Shown: in pieces, positions 41,166 through 50,887 of the stretch
How positions within the stretch are numbered: position 1 is the first letter of the stretch
Layout of the letters: each line of letters opens with the position of its first letter
Assembly: GCA_045535935.1 (NCBI GenBank)
Contig: JAZSMO010000012.1
Coordinates: forward strand, 35,813-99,812
From: Lachnospiraceae bacterium
Lineage (GTDB): Bacteria > Bacillota > Clostridia > Lachnospirales > Lachnospiraceae
Direction: 5' to 3'
Length of the DNA: 64,000 nt
Program-made: the position numbers and the translations under genes
Notes under the pieces: generated by a model
The model's input: only the letters and a program-made list of their open reading frames with translations
Database searches by the model: none
Told to the model about the DNA's origin: nothing

Positions 41166-42191
41166 ATGGAAAAGAAAAATATCGACTGGTCAAATCTCGG
41201 TTTCGGATACATACAGACAGATATGAGATTTGTTTCAAATTATAAAGACGGCGCATGGGATGAAGGCGCTTTGACGGAGGACGCGACTGTCGTGATTAAC
41301 GAGTGCGCAGGAGTTCTTCAGTATGCACAGACAATATTTGAGGGTATGAAAGCATATACCACAGAGGATGGACATATCGTAGTGTTCCGTCCGGATCTCA
41401 ATGCATCCCGCATGGCAGATTCTGCGCGCAGACTTGAGATGCCGGTATATCCGGAAGATAAATTTGTAGAAGCGGTTGTAAAGACGGTGGAAGCGAATGC
41501 AGCATATGTACCTCCATATGGTTCCGGCGCATCTTTATACCTTAGACCTTATATGTTCGGAAGTAATCCGGTTATCGGAGTAAAGCCGGCGGACGAATAT
41601 CAGTTCCGTGTTTTTGCGACACCGGTCGGACCGTATTTTAAAGGCGGCGTGAAGCCGTTGACACTGAAAGTCAGTGATTATGACAGAGCAGCACCATGCG
41701 GAACCGGTCATATCAAAGCCGGTCTCAACTACGCAATGAGTCTTCATGCGATTGTGACTGCACATGAAGAAGGCTATGATGAAAACATGTATCTGGATGC
41801 ATCCACAAGAACAAAAGTGGAAGAGACAGGCGGAGCGAACTTCCTGTTTGTGACAAAGGACAATAAAGTGGTAACACCGAAGTCAGACAGCATTCTTCCG
41901 TCTATCACACGTCGTTCACTGATGTACGTTGCAAAAGAGTATCTGGGACTCGAAGTGGAAGAGAGAGAAGTTTACATTGACGAAGTTAAAGATTTTGCTG
42001 AGTGCGGACTCTGCGGAACCGCAGCAGTTATCTCTCCGGTAGGAAAGATTGTAAATCACGGAGAAGAAATCTGTTTCCCGAGCGGAATGGACAAAATGGG
42101 ACCGATTACACAGAAGCTTTATGATACACTGACCGGTATTCAGATGGGAAGAATCGAAGCTCCGGAAGGCTGGATCAAAGTGATTTGCTAA
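41166..42191 (+). CDS. ilvE: branched-chain amino acid aminotransferase
   Basis: 341 aa class-IV aminotransferase (IFEGMKAY, LYLRPYMFG, EETGGANFLFV). Confidence 0.9.
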   Translation: MEKKNIDWSNLGFGYIQTDMRFVSNYKDGAWDEGALTEDATVVINECAGVLQYAQTIFEGMKAYTTEDGHIVVFRPDLNASRMADSARRLEMPVYPEDKFVEAVVKTVEANAAYVPPYGSGASLYLRPYMFGSNPVIGVKPADEYQFRVFATPVGPYFKGGVKPLTLKVSDYDRAAPCGTGHIKAGLNYAMSLHAIVTAHEEGYDENMYLDASTRTKVEETGGANFLFVTKDNKVVTPKSDSILPSITRRSLMYVAKEYLGLEVEEREVYIDEVKDFAECGLCGTAAVISPVGKIVNHGEEICFPSGMDKMGPITQKLYDTLTGIQMGRIEAPEGWIKVIC

Positions 42192-42367
42192 AATAGAAGA
42201 CAAAAATAAGAAAAGAGTGGTACAGACGGATGTTTTGTATCATTCTTTTTTTTGAAAAAATTTTATGAAAAACTATTGACAAATCAAAATAAAGCTGTAT
42301 TATTGTATTAAACGAGTAGTACAGTAATACAAAATGCGTGTCATCAAAATAGAAAGGAGAGAAGACT

Positions 42368-42736
42368 ATGTCATGGGATTTGAATAACGACAGACCGATT
42401 TATGCACAGATTGTTGAGAAGATTCAACTGCGGATCGTGTCGGGATTTTATCCATTGGGAAGCAAGCTGCCAAGTGTCAGGGAATTGGCTGCGGAAGCAG
42501 GGGTGAATCCGAATACGATGCAGAAAGCGTTTATGGAGCTGGAGAGAAGCGGTTTGCTCACAACCATGCGGACAAGCGGGAGAATAGTTACGGAGGATGA
42601 ATCAATGATTCGAGAAGTGAAGGAAACAATTGCAAAACAGGAAATAGAGCAATTTTTCAAAAAAATGAGGGAAATCGGATTCAGCCAGGAACAAACTTTG
42701 GATCTGGCGAAAAGTGTGTGTAAGGAGGAAAAATAA
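42368..42736 (+). CDS. GntR-family (YtrA-subfamily) transcriptional regulator
   Basis: 122 aa. The winged HTH is PIYAQIVEKIQLRIVSGFYPLGSKLPSVRELAAEAGVNPNTMQKAF. The short C-terminus is typical of YtrA. It is followed by ABC genes. Confidence 0.85.
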   Translation: MSWDLNNDRPIYAQIVEKIQLRIVSGFYPLGSKLPSVRELAAEAGVNPNTMQKAFMELERSGLLTTMRTSGRIVTEDESMIREVKETIAKQEIEQFFKKMREIGFSQEQTLDLAKSVCKEEK

Positions 42737-43437
42737 TGAGTGCATTAGTGGAATGTGTAGGACTGACAAAATGCTATACCAACGGAGTTCCGGCTGTTGC
42801 AGGACTTAATCTGACGATTGAAAAGGGGCATATCGTCGGACTTTTGGGACCGAACGGAAGCGGTAAGACAACCTTGATCAAGATGATCAACGGGTTGTTG
42901 CGTCCGACGGAAGGCGCTGTTTTGGTCAATGGATTTGAACCGGGTGTTGAGACGAAGAAAAGGGTATCTTATCTTCCGGAGCGGACCTATTTGGAGGCGC
43001 AGAGAACGGTGGCGGATATGCTTGCGTTCTTTGAAGATTTTTATGAAGATTTCAAACCGGACAGAGCAAAAGAGATGCTTGCGTCGCTCGGAATTGAGCC
43101 GAAGGCGAGAATGAAGACACTTTCAAAAGGTACGAAAGAAAAAGTACAGCTCATTCTTGTAATGAGCCGAGACGCAGATTTGTTTATTTTGGATGAGCCG
43201 ATCGCAGGTGTGGATCCGGCGGCAAGAGATTATATTATCCGCACGATTATCAGCAACTACAATCCGGAAGCTTCCGTGATCATTTGTACTCATTTGATTT
43301 CAGATATCGAGAATATTTTGGATGATGTGGTGTTTATCAAACAGGGACAGATTGTTCTCCAGATGTCGGTGGACGATATCAGAGAAAAACACGGCAAGAC
43401 AGTAGATGCTTATTTCAGGGAGGTGTTCGCATGTTAA
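42736..43437 (+). CDS. ABC transporter ATP-binding protein
   Basis: Walker A GPNGSGKTT, signature LSKGTKEK, Walker B LFILDEP. Its start overlaps the regulator's stop. Confidence 0.88.
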   Translation: MSALVECVGLTKCYTNGVPAVAGLNLTIEKGHIVGLLGPNGSGKTTLIKMINGLLRPTEGAVLVNGFEPGVETKKRVSYLPERTYLEAQRTVADMLAFFEDFYEDFKPDRAKEMLASLGIEPKARMKTLSKGTKEKVQLILVMSRDADLFILDEPIAGVDPAARDYIIRTIISNYNPEASVIICTHLISDIENILDDVVFIKQGQIVLQMSVDDIREKHGKTVDAYFREVFAC

Positions 43438-44246
43438 AGAAATTATTTGTACATGAGTGGAAAGACAGTTGGAGACTGGTCGGAATCATGAATCTGATCG
43501 TAATCGGACTGACATTAATCGGAACTTTTTTCCTGAATAATGAGACATGGAATGCCATGGATAAAAATGAATTTATTGCAGTGACGGTTGTGACGTATAT
43601 GATGTTCTTTATTTCCAGTATTGCGGCGCTTTCTATGGTTGTTACTTTTTATTTCTACATCCGTTTTTACAGAAATCTGTACACGGATCAGGGATATCTG
43701 ATGCATACGTTGCCGGTAACGGCGCACCAGCTCATCTGGTCGAAGACGTTTGTGGCAACAATCTGGATGGTAATCAGTACAGTCGTTATGATAGGTTCTG
43801 TCTTCGGACTGGTATTTGCTGCAATTCCGGGAGAGGGACGGAGCGAATTTTGGAGTGAAATGTCAGAGGCATTTGCAACGATGGATTTTGACGGCAGAGC
43901 AGTAGCGATTGTTCTTTTGTACATTATCGCAATGATAGTAGGTCAGTTATCCAATGTTTTTATGGGATATGCTTCTATCAGTATCGGACAGATGTTCAAG
44001 AAACAGAAGGTACTCGGAGCCATTGGTGTTTATATCGGTATATACATGTTGATCCAGACGATTTCTTCTTACGGAATGCTGTTTGTTACAATGTTCATTG
44101 ATCCGTATGTAATGGAGACGTCCATGGAAGCGGATAATTTTATGATTGTATTTCTGTTGATTTTAATGCTTATTTCAGGACTGTTGTCCGCAGGATTCTA
44201 CTGTATCACACATTACATAATGAAGAATAAACTGAATCTTGAATAA
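43431..44246 (+). CDS. ABC-2-type membrane protein (putative permease of the YtrA-type module)
   Basis: 271 aa with about 6 TM helices. It overlaps the ATPase gene by 7 nt. Confidence 0.6.
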   Translation: MLKKLFVHEWKDSWRLVGIMNLIVIGLTLIGTFFLNNETWNAMDKNEFIAVTVVTYMMFFISSIAALSMVVTFYFYIRFYRNLYTDQGYLMHTLPVTAHQLIWSKTFVATIWMVISTVVMIGSVFGLVFAAIPGEGRSEFWSEMSEAFATMDFDGRAVAIVLLYIIAMIVGQLSNVFMGYASISIGQMFKKQKVLGAIGVYIGIYMLIQTISSYGMLFVTMFIDPYVMETSMEADNFMIVFLLILMLISGLLSAGFYCITHYIMKNKLNLE

Positions 44247-44270
44247 TTAAAAAACAGATAACAAAATAGA

Positions 44271-44311
44271 AAACCTCTGCATATGATGATAAAAAATGCA
44301 GAGGTTTTTTT
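44271..44311 (+). terminator. rho-independent terminator of the GntR-ABC operon
   Basis: AAACCTCTGCAT...ATGCAGAGGTTT stem followed by T7. The T-run abuts ATG 44312. Confidence 0.8.
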
Positions 44312-45574
44312 ATGCGAAAATATAATCTGAGACAGGCACAGGTCAGCGATATGGTCGATCGCGGGACGCTTGCTTTGCAGGTGACAAGCTCTATTGGCAG
44401 GATTCCGGTGGAAAATGCCAGAATTCGCATTTCTTACACAGGGGAGCCGGATCGGGTTTTGGAGGAGTTAACAACAAATGACAGTGGGGAGACCGAAAAT
44501 GTTGAATTGGCGGCGCCTCCTATTGAACTGAGTCTTGAACCGTCGGAAATACAGCCGTATTCCGAATATAATATTCTGGTGGATGCGCCGGGATATGAGT
44601 CGGTTATCATTACCGGAAGCGAAATTCTTGCAGACCGGACAGCGGTTCAAAATGTGGTCATGACACCTGTTGAGAGTATGGACGAAGCGGAGGAAGATAT
44701 CGATATTCCGGAACATACGCTGTATGGGGATTATCCGTCCAAAATTCCTGAATCTGAGATTAAACCGATGGCTGAAACGGGAGAAATCGTATTGTCGCGT
44801 GTGGTAATTCCGGAATATGTGGTTGTTCATGATGGAGTTCCTTCGGATGCGACGGCAAATAATTATTATGTGAGATACAAGGATTATATTAAAAATGTTG
44901 TTTCTTCAGAGATTTATGCCACATGGCCGGAGGCTGCCATTTATGCCAATACGCTCTGTATTCTTTCGGTCACTTTGAACCGTGTGTTTACGGAGTGGTA
45001 TCGTGGGAAAGGGTATGATTTTACGATTACAAGCTCTACGGCTTATGATCAGAAGTGGATTTACGGAAGAAATACGTATGAAAATATGGATCGGATTGTG
45101 GATAGTATATTTGCAAACTATCTGTCACGTCCGGGAGTGAAACAGCCGATTTATACCGGTTATTGTGACGGTAACCAGACAAATTGCGACGGACTGAAGC
45201 AGTGGGGAAGCAAGTATCTGGCGGAGGAGGGGTATTCAGCCATAGAGATTATCCGCTATTATTTCGGAAATGACATGTATATCAATACGTCGGAGGCAAT
45301 TGCGGGGATTCCTGCGTCATGGCCGGGATATAATCTGGGAATCGGTGCAAGCGGGGATAAGGTGAGACAGATGCAGAACCAGCTTAGAAGAATTGCACAG
45401 AATTATCCGGCGATACCGGTAATCACGGCAGATGGGGTTTACGGAGAACAGACTGCTGAAGCAGTCCGTACATTCCAAAGAATATTCCGGCTTCCGCAGA
45501 CAGGCATAGTAGATTATTCTACGTGGTATGAGATATCTAATATCTATGTGGGTGTCACACGGATTGCGGAATAA
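44312..45574 (+). CDS. peptidoglycan-binding-domain protein, SleC-like putative cell-wall/spore-cortex hydrolase
   Basis: 420 aa. The N-terminus is a CarboxypepD_reg-like beta module. The central region resembles cortex-lytic enzymes. The C-terminal PG_binding_1 repeat is GDKVRQMQNQLRRIAQNYP...DGVYGEQTAEAVRTFQRIF. Confidence 0.6.
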   Translation: MRKYNLRQAQVSDMVDRGTLALQVTSSIGRIPVENARIRISYTGEPDRVLEELTTNDSGETENVELAAPPIELSLEPSEIQPYSEYNILVDAPGYESVIITGSEILADRTAVQNVVMTPVESMDEAEEDIDIPEHTLYGDYPSKIPESEIKPMAETGEIVLSRVVIPEYVVVHDGVPSDATANNYYVRYKDYIKNVVSSEIYATWPEAAIYANTLCILSVTLNRVFTEWYRGKGYDFTITSSTAYDQKWIYGRNTYENMDRIVDSIFANYLSRPGVKQPIYTGYCDGNQTNCDGLKQWGSKYLAEEGYSAIEIIRYYFGNDMYINTSEAIAGIPASWPGYNLGIGASGDKVRQMQNQLRRIAQNYPAIPVITADGVYGEQTAEAVRTFQRIFRLPQTGIVDYSTWYEISNIYVGVTRIAE

Positions 45575-45576
45575 AA

Positions 45577-45933
45577 TTATAATTGATTTTTGATGGCTTC
45601 GAAGCTCTGCTTGCTGATGATGTGTTCGATTTTGCAGGCATCTTCGATAGCTATATCTTCCGGGACACCGATTTTAATGAGCCAACCCGATAGCACTTCA
45701 TGTCTCTCGAATACCATTTCGGCAATTTCTTTTCCTGCATCGGTAAGATAGATGAATCCTGCGTCGGTTACCGTAATATAGTTTTTCTCGCGAAGATTTT
45801 TCATGGCTATACTGATGCTGGATTTTTTGAAATTTAACTCTGTGGCAATATCAATCGAACGGACAACCGGAAGTTTGCGGCTGAGTACCAGTATGGTTTC
45901 AAGATAATTTTCGGCAGATTCATTTATATGCAT
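45577..45933 (-). CDS. DtxR/MntR-family metal-dependent transcriptional regulator (short form)
   Basis: 118 aa. It has SAENYLETILVL, a winged HTH, and the RHEVL and EDACKIEHIIS metal-ligand regions. Confidence 0.8.
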   Translation of the reverse strand: MHINESAENYLETILVLSRKLPVVRSIDIATELNFKKSSISIAMKNLREKNYITVTDAGFIYLTDAGKEIAEMVFERHEVLSGWLIKIGVPEDIAIEDACKIEHIISKQSFEAIKNQL

Positions 45934-46051
45934 AACAAATTCCCTTCCCTACAAAAACAGATCTTTATAATTATAGAAAAGTATACCACACTAATCGGAA
46001 AAATGGTATACTTACAAAAAGAGTTTCTGCGTGGAAAGGGAGGTGAAACAG

Positions 46052-49000
46052 TTGTACCGTGTAGAGAGATATCTGTCGCTGGAAGATATGCAGCAGGATG
46101 GTGGTGTGCTCGAAGTGTCAGAGAGCAGGATCGAGTTGTCAGTGGGTGAGGATGAGGTCTGTGACGGTGAGATCAGAGTGCGCTCCGGATCGGGACGGGA
46201 GGTACATGTATTTTGTTATTCCGATCACTATCGGATGCAGTGCCGTGTCAATGAATTTATCGGAAGAGAAGGTACATTAAATTATCGTTTTGATGCGGCC
46301 GGTCTGGATGTCGGAAGCATCGTAAAGGGTGAATTTTGTCTGCTTTCCGAGGCGGGAGAATATCATATCCCGTTTTCGGTTACCGTCAGACAGCCTCTTG
46401 CCGGGACGTCGTTGGGAGAAATCCGCAATCTGTTTCACTTTGCAAACCTTGCCAAAGAAAATTGGAAAGAAGCGGTAAAGCTTTTTTATTCCGAGTATTT
46501 TCATATGCTTTTTTACGGGCACGATCATCGTTACTACGATCTCTACCGCGCGTTGTCGGGATGTGCGGGGAATGAGCACAATGTCGATGAGTTTCTTGTC
46601 GGGATACATAAAAAGCAGAAAAACACCTATCATGTGGCAGAGGAAGGATTGCTGTTAAACCATGTGTCGGGAGTGAGACAGGAGTCGCTCACACTGATTT
46701 GTGACGGATGGGGATATATGCATGTAAAAGTCCGCACGCAGGGAGAATTTTTGACTCCGCTGAAGACGAGCCTGTCGGAGGCGGATTTTGACCGGAATAC
46801 ATGCAAGGTGTTGTTTGAAGTGAATGAAGATATGCTTTTCGGTGAATGCGCGACAGGAAGTGTTGTGTTTGAATATGACGGAGGAAGTGTTGAGGTTCCG
46901 GTCATAGTCAACCGTCCGGCGGAGATGTCCCGAAAACAGTTGCAGAGGCAGGAAGAGAAGCTGTTACTTGTACAGCTGATGCACCAGTATATCGCTTGTG
47001 AAACATTGCCTTTGCAGCGCAGTGCCTATTTGAAGGATGCGGAGAAGACAATAGAGAAGATTAATGCCGGATATGGCAGGAATCTGTGGGGAAGATTGTA
47101 TCAGATGCATGTTCTGATAGAGCAGGATCGTGCAAATGAGGCCAAATGGGTTCTTTCCCATATAGAAAATACGCACAAGCAGGAAAATATGGAGCCGGCC
47201 CAATACGGATACTACCTTTACCTGCGAAGTGAACTTGCAGAGGATGAGAGATTTCGCAGAAGCGTCACGGAGCAATTAAAAAAGTTACTCGATGCTAACC
47301 CTAAAGAAACATTTCTCGCCTGTCTTTATATGAAGATGATGGAGGATGTGGTTTGGCAAAAACGACTCACCTTTTATGAGCATCAGTATGCACAGGGGAG
47401 TCGGAGTCCGCTGTTATATCTGGAAGCCTATAAAGTGTTTGCGGAAAGTCCGGCGTATCTTGTGAAGATAGATGAGTTCGAGATCAGCGTGTTGCGATTC
47501 GGAATACGTTATGGGTTATATACGGCGGAGATGGCAGAGAGGGTCGCTGATCTGATTCTCCGGAAGAAGGATATGTCTGCCATGCTTTTCCGTTTTTTGG
47601 GAGAAAGCTACGGAGTGTATCCGCAGGATTCCATGTTGCAGGCGCTTTGCGTTCTGATGATCCGCAGCGGTATGTGCGGACCGGAGTGCTTCGGCTGGTA
47701 TGAACTTGCAGTGCACAAGCAGATGAGAATCACGTCGCTGTATGAATATTATATGAGATCGGCTGATACGAGAGCGGATCGCCTTCCGCCGAGAGCAGTT
47801 CTCATGTATTTTGCATATCGGTGTGACCTGGATGAAAGAAGAATCGCATATCTGTATGCGCTTCTGGTACGGCACAGGGAAGAGATTCCGGAGCTGTTTC
47901 GCCAATATAGGGATAATATAGAACAATTTGCAATTTCAGAACTTGAAAAGGGACTGATCAGTGAGAATCTGGCGGTGATATACCGGTATTTTCTTGCAGA
48001 AGGGGAGACGGTGCTTCCGAAGGACAAAATACAAAAGGTGGCCTTTCGCCATTTGATCAAGGTGCACAGGGACGGAATTGCAAATGTGATTGTCGTACAG
48101 GACAAATTAAAACAGGAAACGGCCTACCCGATTGAGAAAGACCGTGCGTATGTGGATTGCTATACACCGGATTATGTCGTTGTTCTTGAGGATGCAGAAG
48201 GAAACCGTTACTGTGACGAAGCCGCTTGGACCGATATCCAATTGATGCCGGTGGAGAAGCCGGCGATGTATCTGCCCCAGCAACCGGTGACCAATATCGG
48301 AATTGCGCTTTATCAGACAAATATAGGTGGCAATCCGGAGCAGGCCGATCCGGCGCTTTGGCCGATATATGAGCAGCTGGCGGTTTCTTCGCGGGTGGAT
48401 GAAGGATATCGCTGTGAGGTCGCAACCCGATTGTTACGGTTGTATTTTGACAATGAGAAATACGATGAGATGCACAGGATTTTGAAATCGTATGATGTAT
48501 CTGCTGTCACGTCGTCTGAGCGTGCTGAGGTGGTACGCTACCTGGTTTATCTGGAGCAGGATGCACAGGCACTGGATATTTTGTACAATTATGGATTTGA
48601 AAATGTATCGGCGAAGGTACTCGCCCGGTTGATCGTAAGAATCCTGGAGACCGAACCGCTGTTTGACGGAAGGCTGTCGGCGCTCGTGTACTATACATTT
48701 AAGCTTGGGAAATATACACAGGATATGTTGCTGTATCTTTGCCGATATTTTGAAGGGTCACTGAAACAGATGCGTGATATATGGCGGGCGGCGGCCGGTT
48801 TTGATGTGGATGCATCCCGCATTGCGGAGCGGATTCTTCAGGCGTATTTGTTTTCTCGTGCCTATCTGGCGGGGATAGCGGATGTGTTTGAGTACTATAT
48901 GTCGCACAGGAAAAGAGACAGCGTGGTCAGATGTTATCTTCGTGCAATGGCATATCGCTATTTTGTGAAGCAGCAGGTTGTTTCGCCGGAAGTATTTACG

Positions 49001-49588
49001 GCAATGGAAAATCTTCTTTGTAACAGCAGTGAGACGGATGATGTGAGCAAGGTGGCATATTTACATTATATGGCTACCGAAACAGACAGTTACAGTGACA
49101 GGCAAAAAATGTTGATCACGGAACTTGTCAATGAGCTTATTTCGGAAAAACAGTATGTCCCGTTCCTTTCCTCTTTTACAGCGTTTATTCCATGGCTTCG
49201 CCCGTATGCAGAACTGTCGTATCTGGAATACCGGACGGCTCCGGGAAGTGTGGTGACCTTGCATTATCTGCAGGAAGGCCGGGAAGAACAATACTGCCAG
49301 AAGAAATTGGATGAAATTTGTGCCGGTTATTTCTGTCACAACTTTGTTTTGTTTTTCGGCCAGCGTCTGCAATATTATTTTACGGAGAGTAATGACGGGG
49401 AACGAAAACTGACAGAGAGCGGCTTTTTGGAAAAGAGCGATATGACCGGAGAGGAAAGTGAGAGCAGATACGGTCTTCTCAATGATATTGTGATGTGTGA
49501 TGCGTTGGGAGATGAGAGGACGAAGCAGGAGCTTATTTCGAGATACAAAAAGGAGTCCCTTCGGACGGAGTTACTATTTGGAGAATAA
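46052..49588 (+). CDS. large uncharacterised protein: two N-terminal beta-sandwich-like modules, about 800 aa helical-repeat region, beta-rich C-terminus
   Basis: ORF 46031..49588. The likely start is TTG 46052, 6 nt after GGGAGGTG. I recognise no catalytic motif and see no TM helix. It is the first gene of a coupled four-gene operon. Confidence 0.7.
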   Translation: MYRVERYLSLEDMQQDGGVLEVSESRIELSVGEDEVCDGEIRVRSGSGREVHVFCYSDHYRMQCRVNEFIGREGTLNYRFDAAGLDVGSIVKGEFCLLSEAGEYHIPFSVTVRQPLAGTSLGEIRNLFHFANLAKENWKEAVKLFYSEYFHMLFYGHDHRYYDLYRALSGCAGNEHNVDEFLVGIHKKQKNTYHVAEEGLLLNHVSGVRQESLTLICDGWGYMHVKVRTQGEFLTPLKTSLSEADFDRNTCKVLFEVNEDMLFGECATGSVVFEYDGGSVEVPVIVNRPAEMSRKQLQRQEEKLLLVQLMHQYIACETLPLQRSAYLKDAEKTIEKINAGYGRNLWGRLYQMHVLIEQDRANEAKWVLSHIENTHKQENMEPAQYGYYLYLRSELAEDERFRRSVTEQLKKLLDANPKETFLACLYMKMMEDVVWQKRLTFYEHQYAQGSRSPLLYLEAYKVFAESPAYLVKIDEFEISVLRFGIRYGLYTAEMAERVADLILRKKDMSAMLFRFLGESYGVYPQDSMLQALCVLMIRSGMCGPECFGWYELAVHKQMRITSLYEYYMRSADTRADRLPPRAVLMYFAYRCDLDERRIAYLYALLVRHREEIPELFRQYRDNIEQFAISELEKGLISENLAVIYRYFLAEGETVLPKDKIQKVAFRHLIKVHRDGIANVIVVQDKLKQETAYPIEKDRAYVDCYTPDYVVVLEDAEGNRYCDEAAWTDIQLMPVEKPAMYLPQQPVTNIGIALYQTNIGGNPEQADPALWPIYEQLAVSSRVDEGYRCEVATRLLRLYFDNEKYDEMHRILKSYDVSAVTSSERAEVVRYLVYLEQDAQALDILYNYGFENVSAKVLARLIVRILETEPLFDGRLSALVYYTFKLGKYTQDMLLYLCRYFEGSLKQMRDIWRAAAGFDVDASRIAERILQAYLFSRAYLAGIADVFEYYMSHRKRDSVVRCYLRAMAYRYFVKQQVVSPEVFTAMENLLCNSSETDDVSKVAYLHYMATETDSYSDRQKMLITELVNELISEKQYVPFLSSFTAFIPWLRPYAELSYLEYRTAPGSVVTLHYLQEGREEQYCQKKLDEICAGYFCHNFVLFFGQRLQYYFTESNDGERKLTESGFLEKSDMTGEESESRYGLLNDIVMCDALGDERTKQELISRYKKESLRTELLFGE

Positions 49589-49591
49589 AAA

Positions 49592-50887
49592 GTGGATGTT
49601 GTAATCGGATATGATATAAATGAATATTACGCACAGATTTCCTATGCAGGACCGGGGCAGGAACCTGAGACGCTGGAATTTCCGGCGTTTAAGGAGGAGG
49701 GGAATATCGAGACGGCTCTTTGCAAACGCCATGGAGTAAATCAGTGGTTTTGCGGAAAGGAAGCAGTCAAAAAAGGGGTTTCCGGAGATGGGACGCTGGT
49801 GGAGCATTTGTGGACTCTGCTCGGCGAGCAGGAAACAATTCTTATTGAAAAAAAAGAGTACCGGACGGCCGAGCTTTGCAACCTTTTTCTGGGAAGGACG
49901 CTTACCTGGGCATTGGGACGTCTGGAAGAAATCTACAAAGAACCGGTCCATGTCAGGGCGTTGATGCTTTCTTCCGAGAATTACAAAGATATCATGCGCA
50001 AGCAGGCAGATGTTTTGACGGCCGCACTTCCGGTGCCGCCGGAACGCATCTTTTTTCAAGGACATGAAGACAGTCTGTATGCGTATATGGTACATCAGCC
50101 GGAGAGACTGAGAGGCTATGAAACGGGCGTGTTTGACCTGACCGGAGAGACAATGGTGTCCTATCGTGTCACAATGAACCACCGAACACAGCCGATTGTC
50201 ACTACCGTAGAGAAGCAACCGGTTTTGGAGCTTGTAAAAAAGAAACATTACCCGTCGATTATGGAACATGACCGCTGCCTTGCGCAGCTTGATTTGCAGC
50301 TGAAGGCCTATGTGGAAGCATTTACGCAGGGAAGGATTGTGACAAGTCTTTATCTGATCGGAGACGGATTTCAAGGGGATTGGTACAAAGAAAGCCTGAA
50401 AGTGCTGTGCCGCAATCGGAAAGTATATGCAGGAAACAATCTGTTCGGAAAAGGCGCCTGCTACAGTGCGATAGAAAAAATATGGCCGACGGAAGATTAC
50501 GCCAATTTCCTGTTTATGGGGCGTGATATGCTTCGTTATAATGTGGGGGTATCTTTGCAAAACCACGACGGAGAAGAGTATTATCCTCTGTTGGATGCCG
50601 GGACGAACTGGTACGACGCAAAGTCCGAGATTACATTTATGATGGAAGATCCGGAATCGGTGGAACTATTGATTACACCGATCAGCGGAACCGGTGCGTA
50701 CACGGAAACGCTTTGTCTTGAACCTTTGCCTAAACGGCCGTTTCGCAGCTATCGGATGACGCTCACGGCACAAATGCAATCAGAAGAAAATCTTTATATC
50801 TCTATTCAGGATGAGGGATTTGGTGAGCTGTATCCCAAAGTACCTCTCGGTATGACTTATGATCTTACACTCGGAGGAAATAAATGA
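49592..50887 (+). CDS. HSP70/actin-fold protein with degenerate nucleotide-binding motifs
   Basis: The GTG start lies 3 nt after the upstream stop, with a GGAGA SD. It is collinear with the DnaK NBD: VVIGYDINEYYAQIS (phosphate-1), ALMLSSENY...RIFFQGHEDSLYAY, GVFDLTGETMVSY (phosphate-2), LYLIGDGFQ (adenosine), NNLFGKGACYSA. Confidence 0.7.
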   Translation: MDVVIGYDINEYYAQISYAGPGQEPETLEFPAFKEEGNIETALCKRHGVNQWFCGKEAVKKGVSGDGTLVEHLWTLLGEQETILIEKKEYRTAELCNLFLGRTLTWALGRLEEIYKEPVHVRALMLSSENYKDIMRKQADVLTAALPVPPERIFFQGHEDSLYAYMVHQPERLRGYETGVFDLTGETMVSYRVTMNHRTQPIVTTVEKQPVLELVKKKHYPSIMEHDRCLAQLDLQLKAYVEAFTQGRIVTSLYLIGDGFQGDWYKESLKVLCRNRKVYAGNNLFGKGACYSAIEKIWPTEDYANFLFMGRDMLRYNVGVSLQNHDGEEYYPLLDAGTNWYDAKSEITFMMEDPESVELLITPISGTGAYTETLCLEPLPKRPFRSYRMTLTAQMQSEENLYISIQDEGFGELYPKVPLGMTYDLTLGGNK

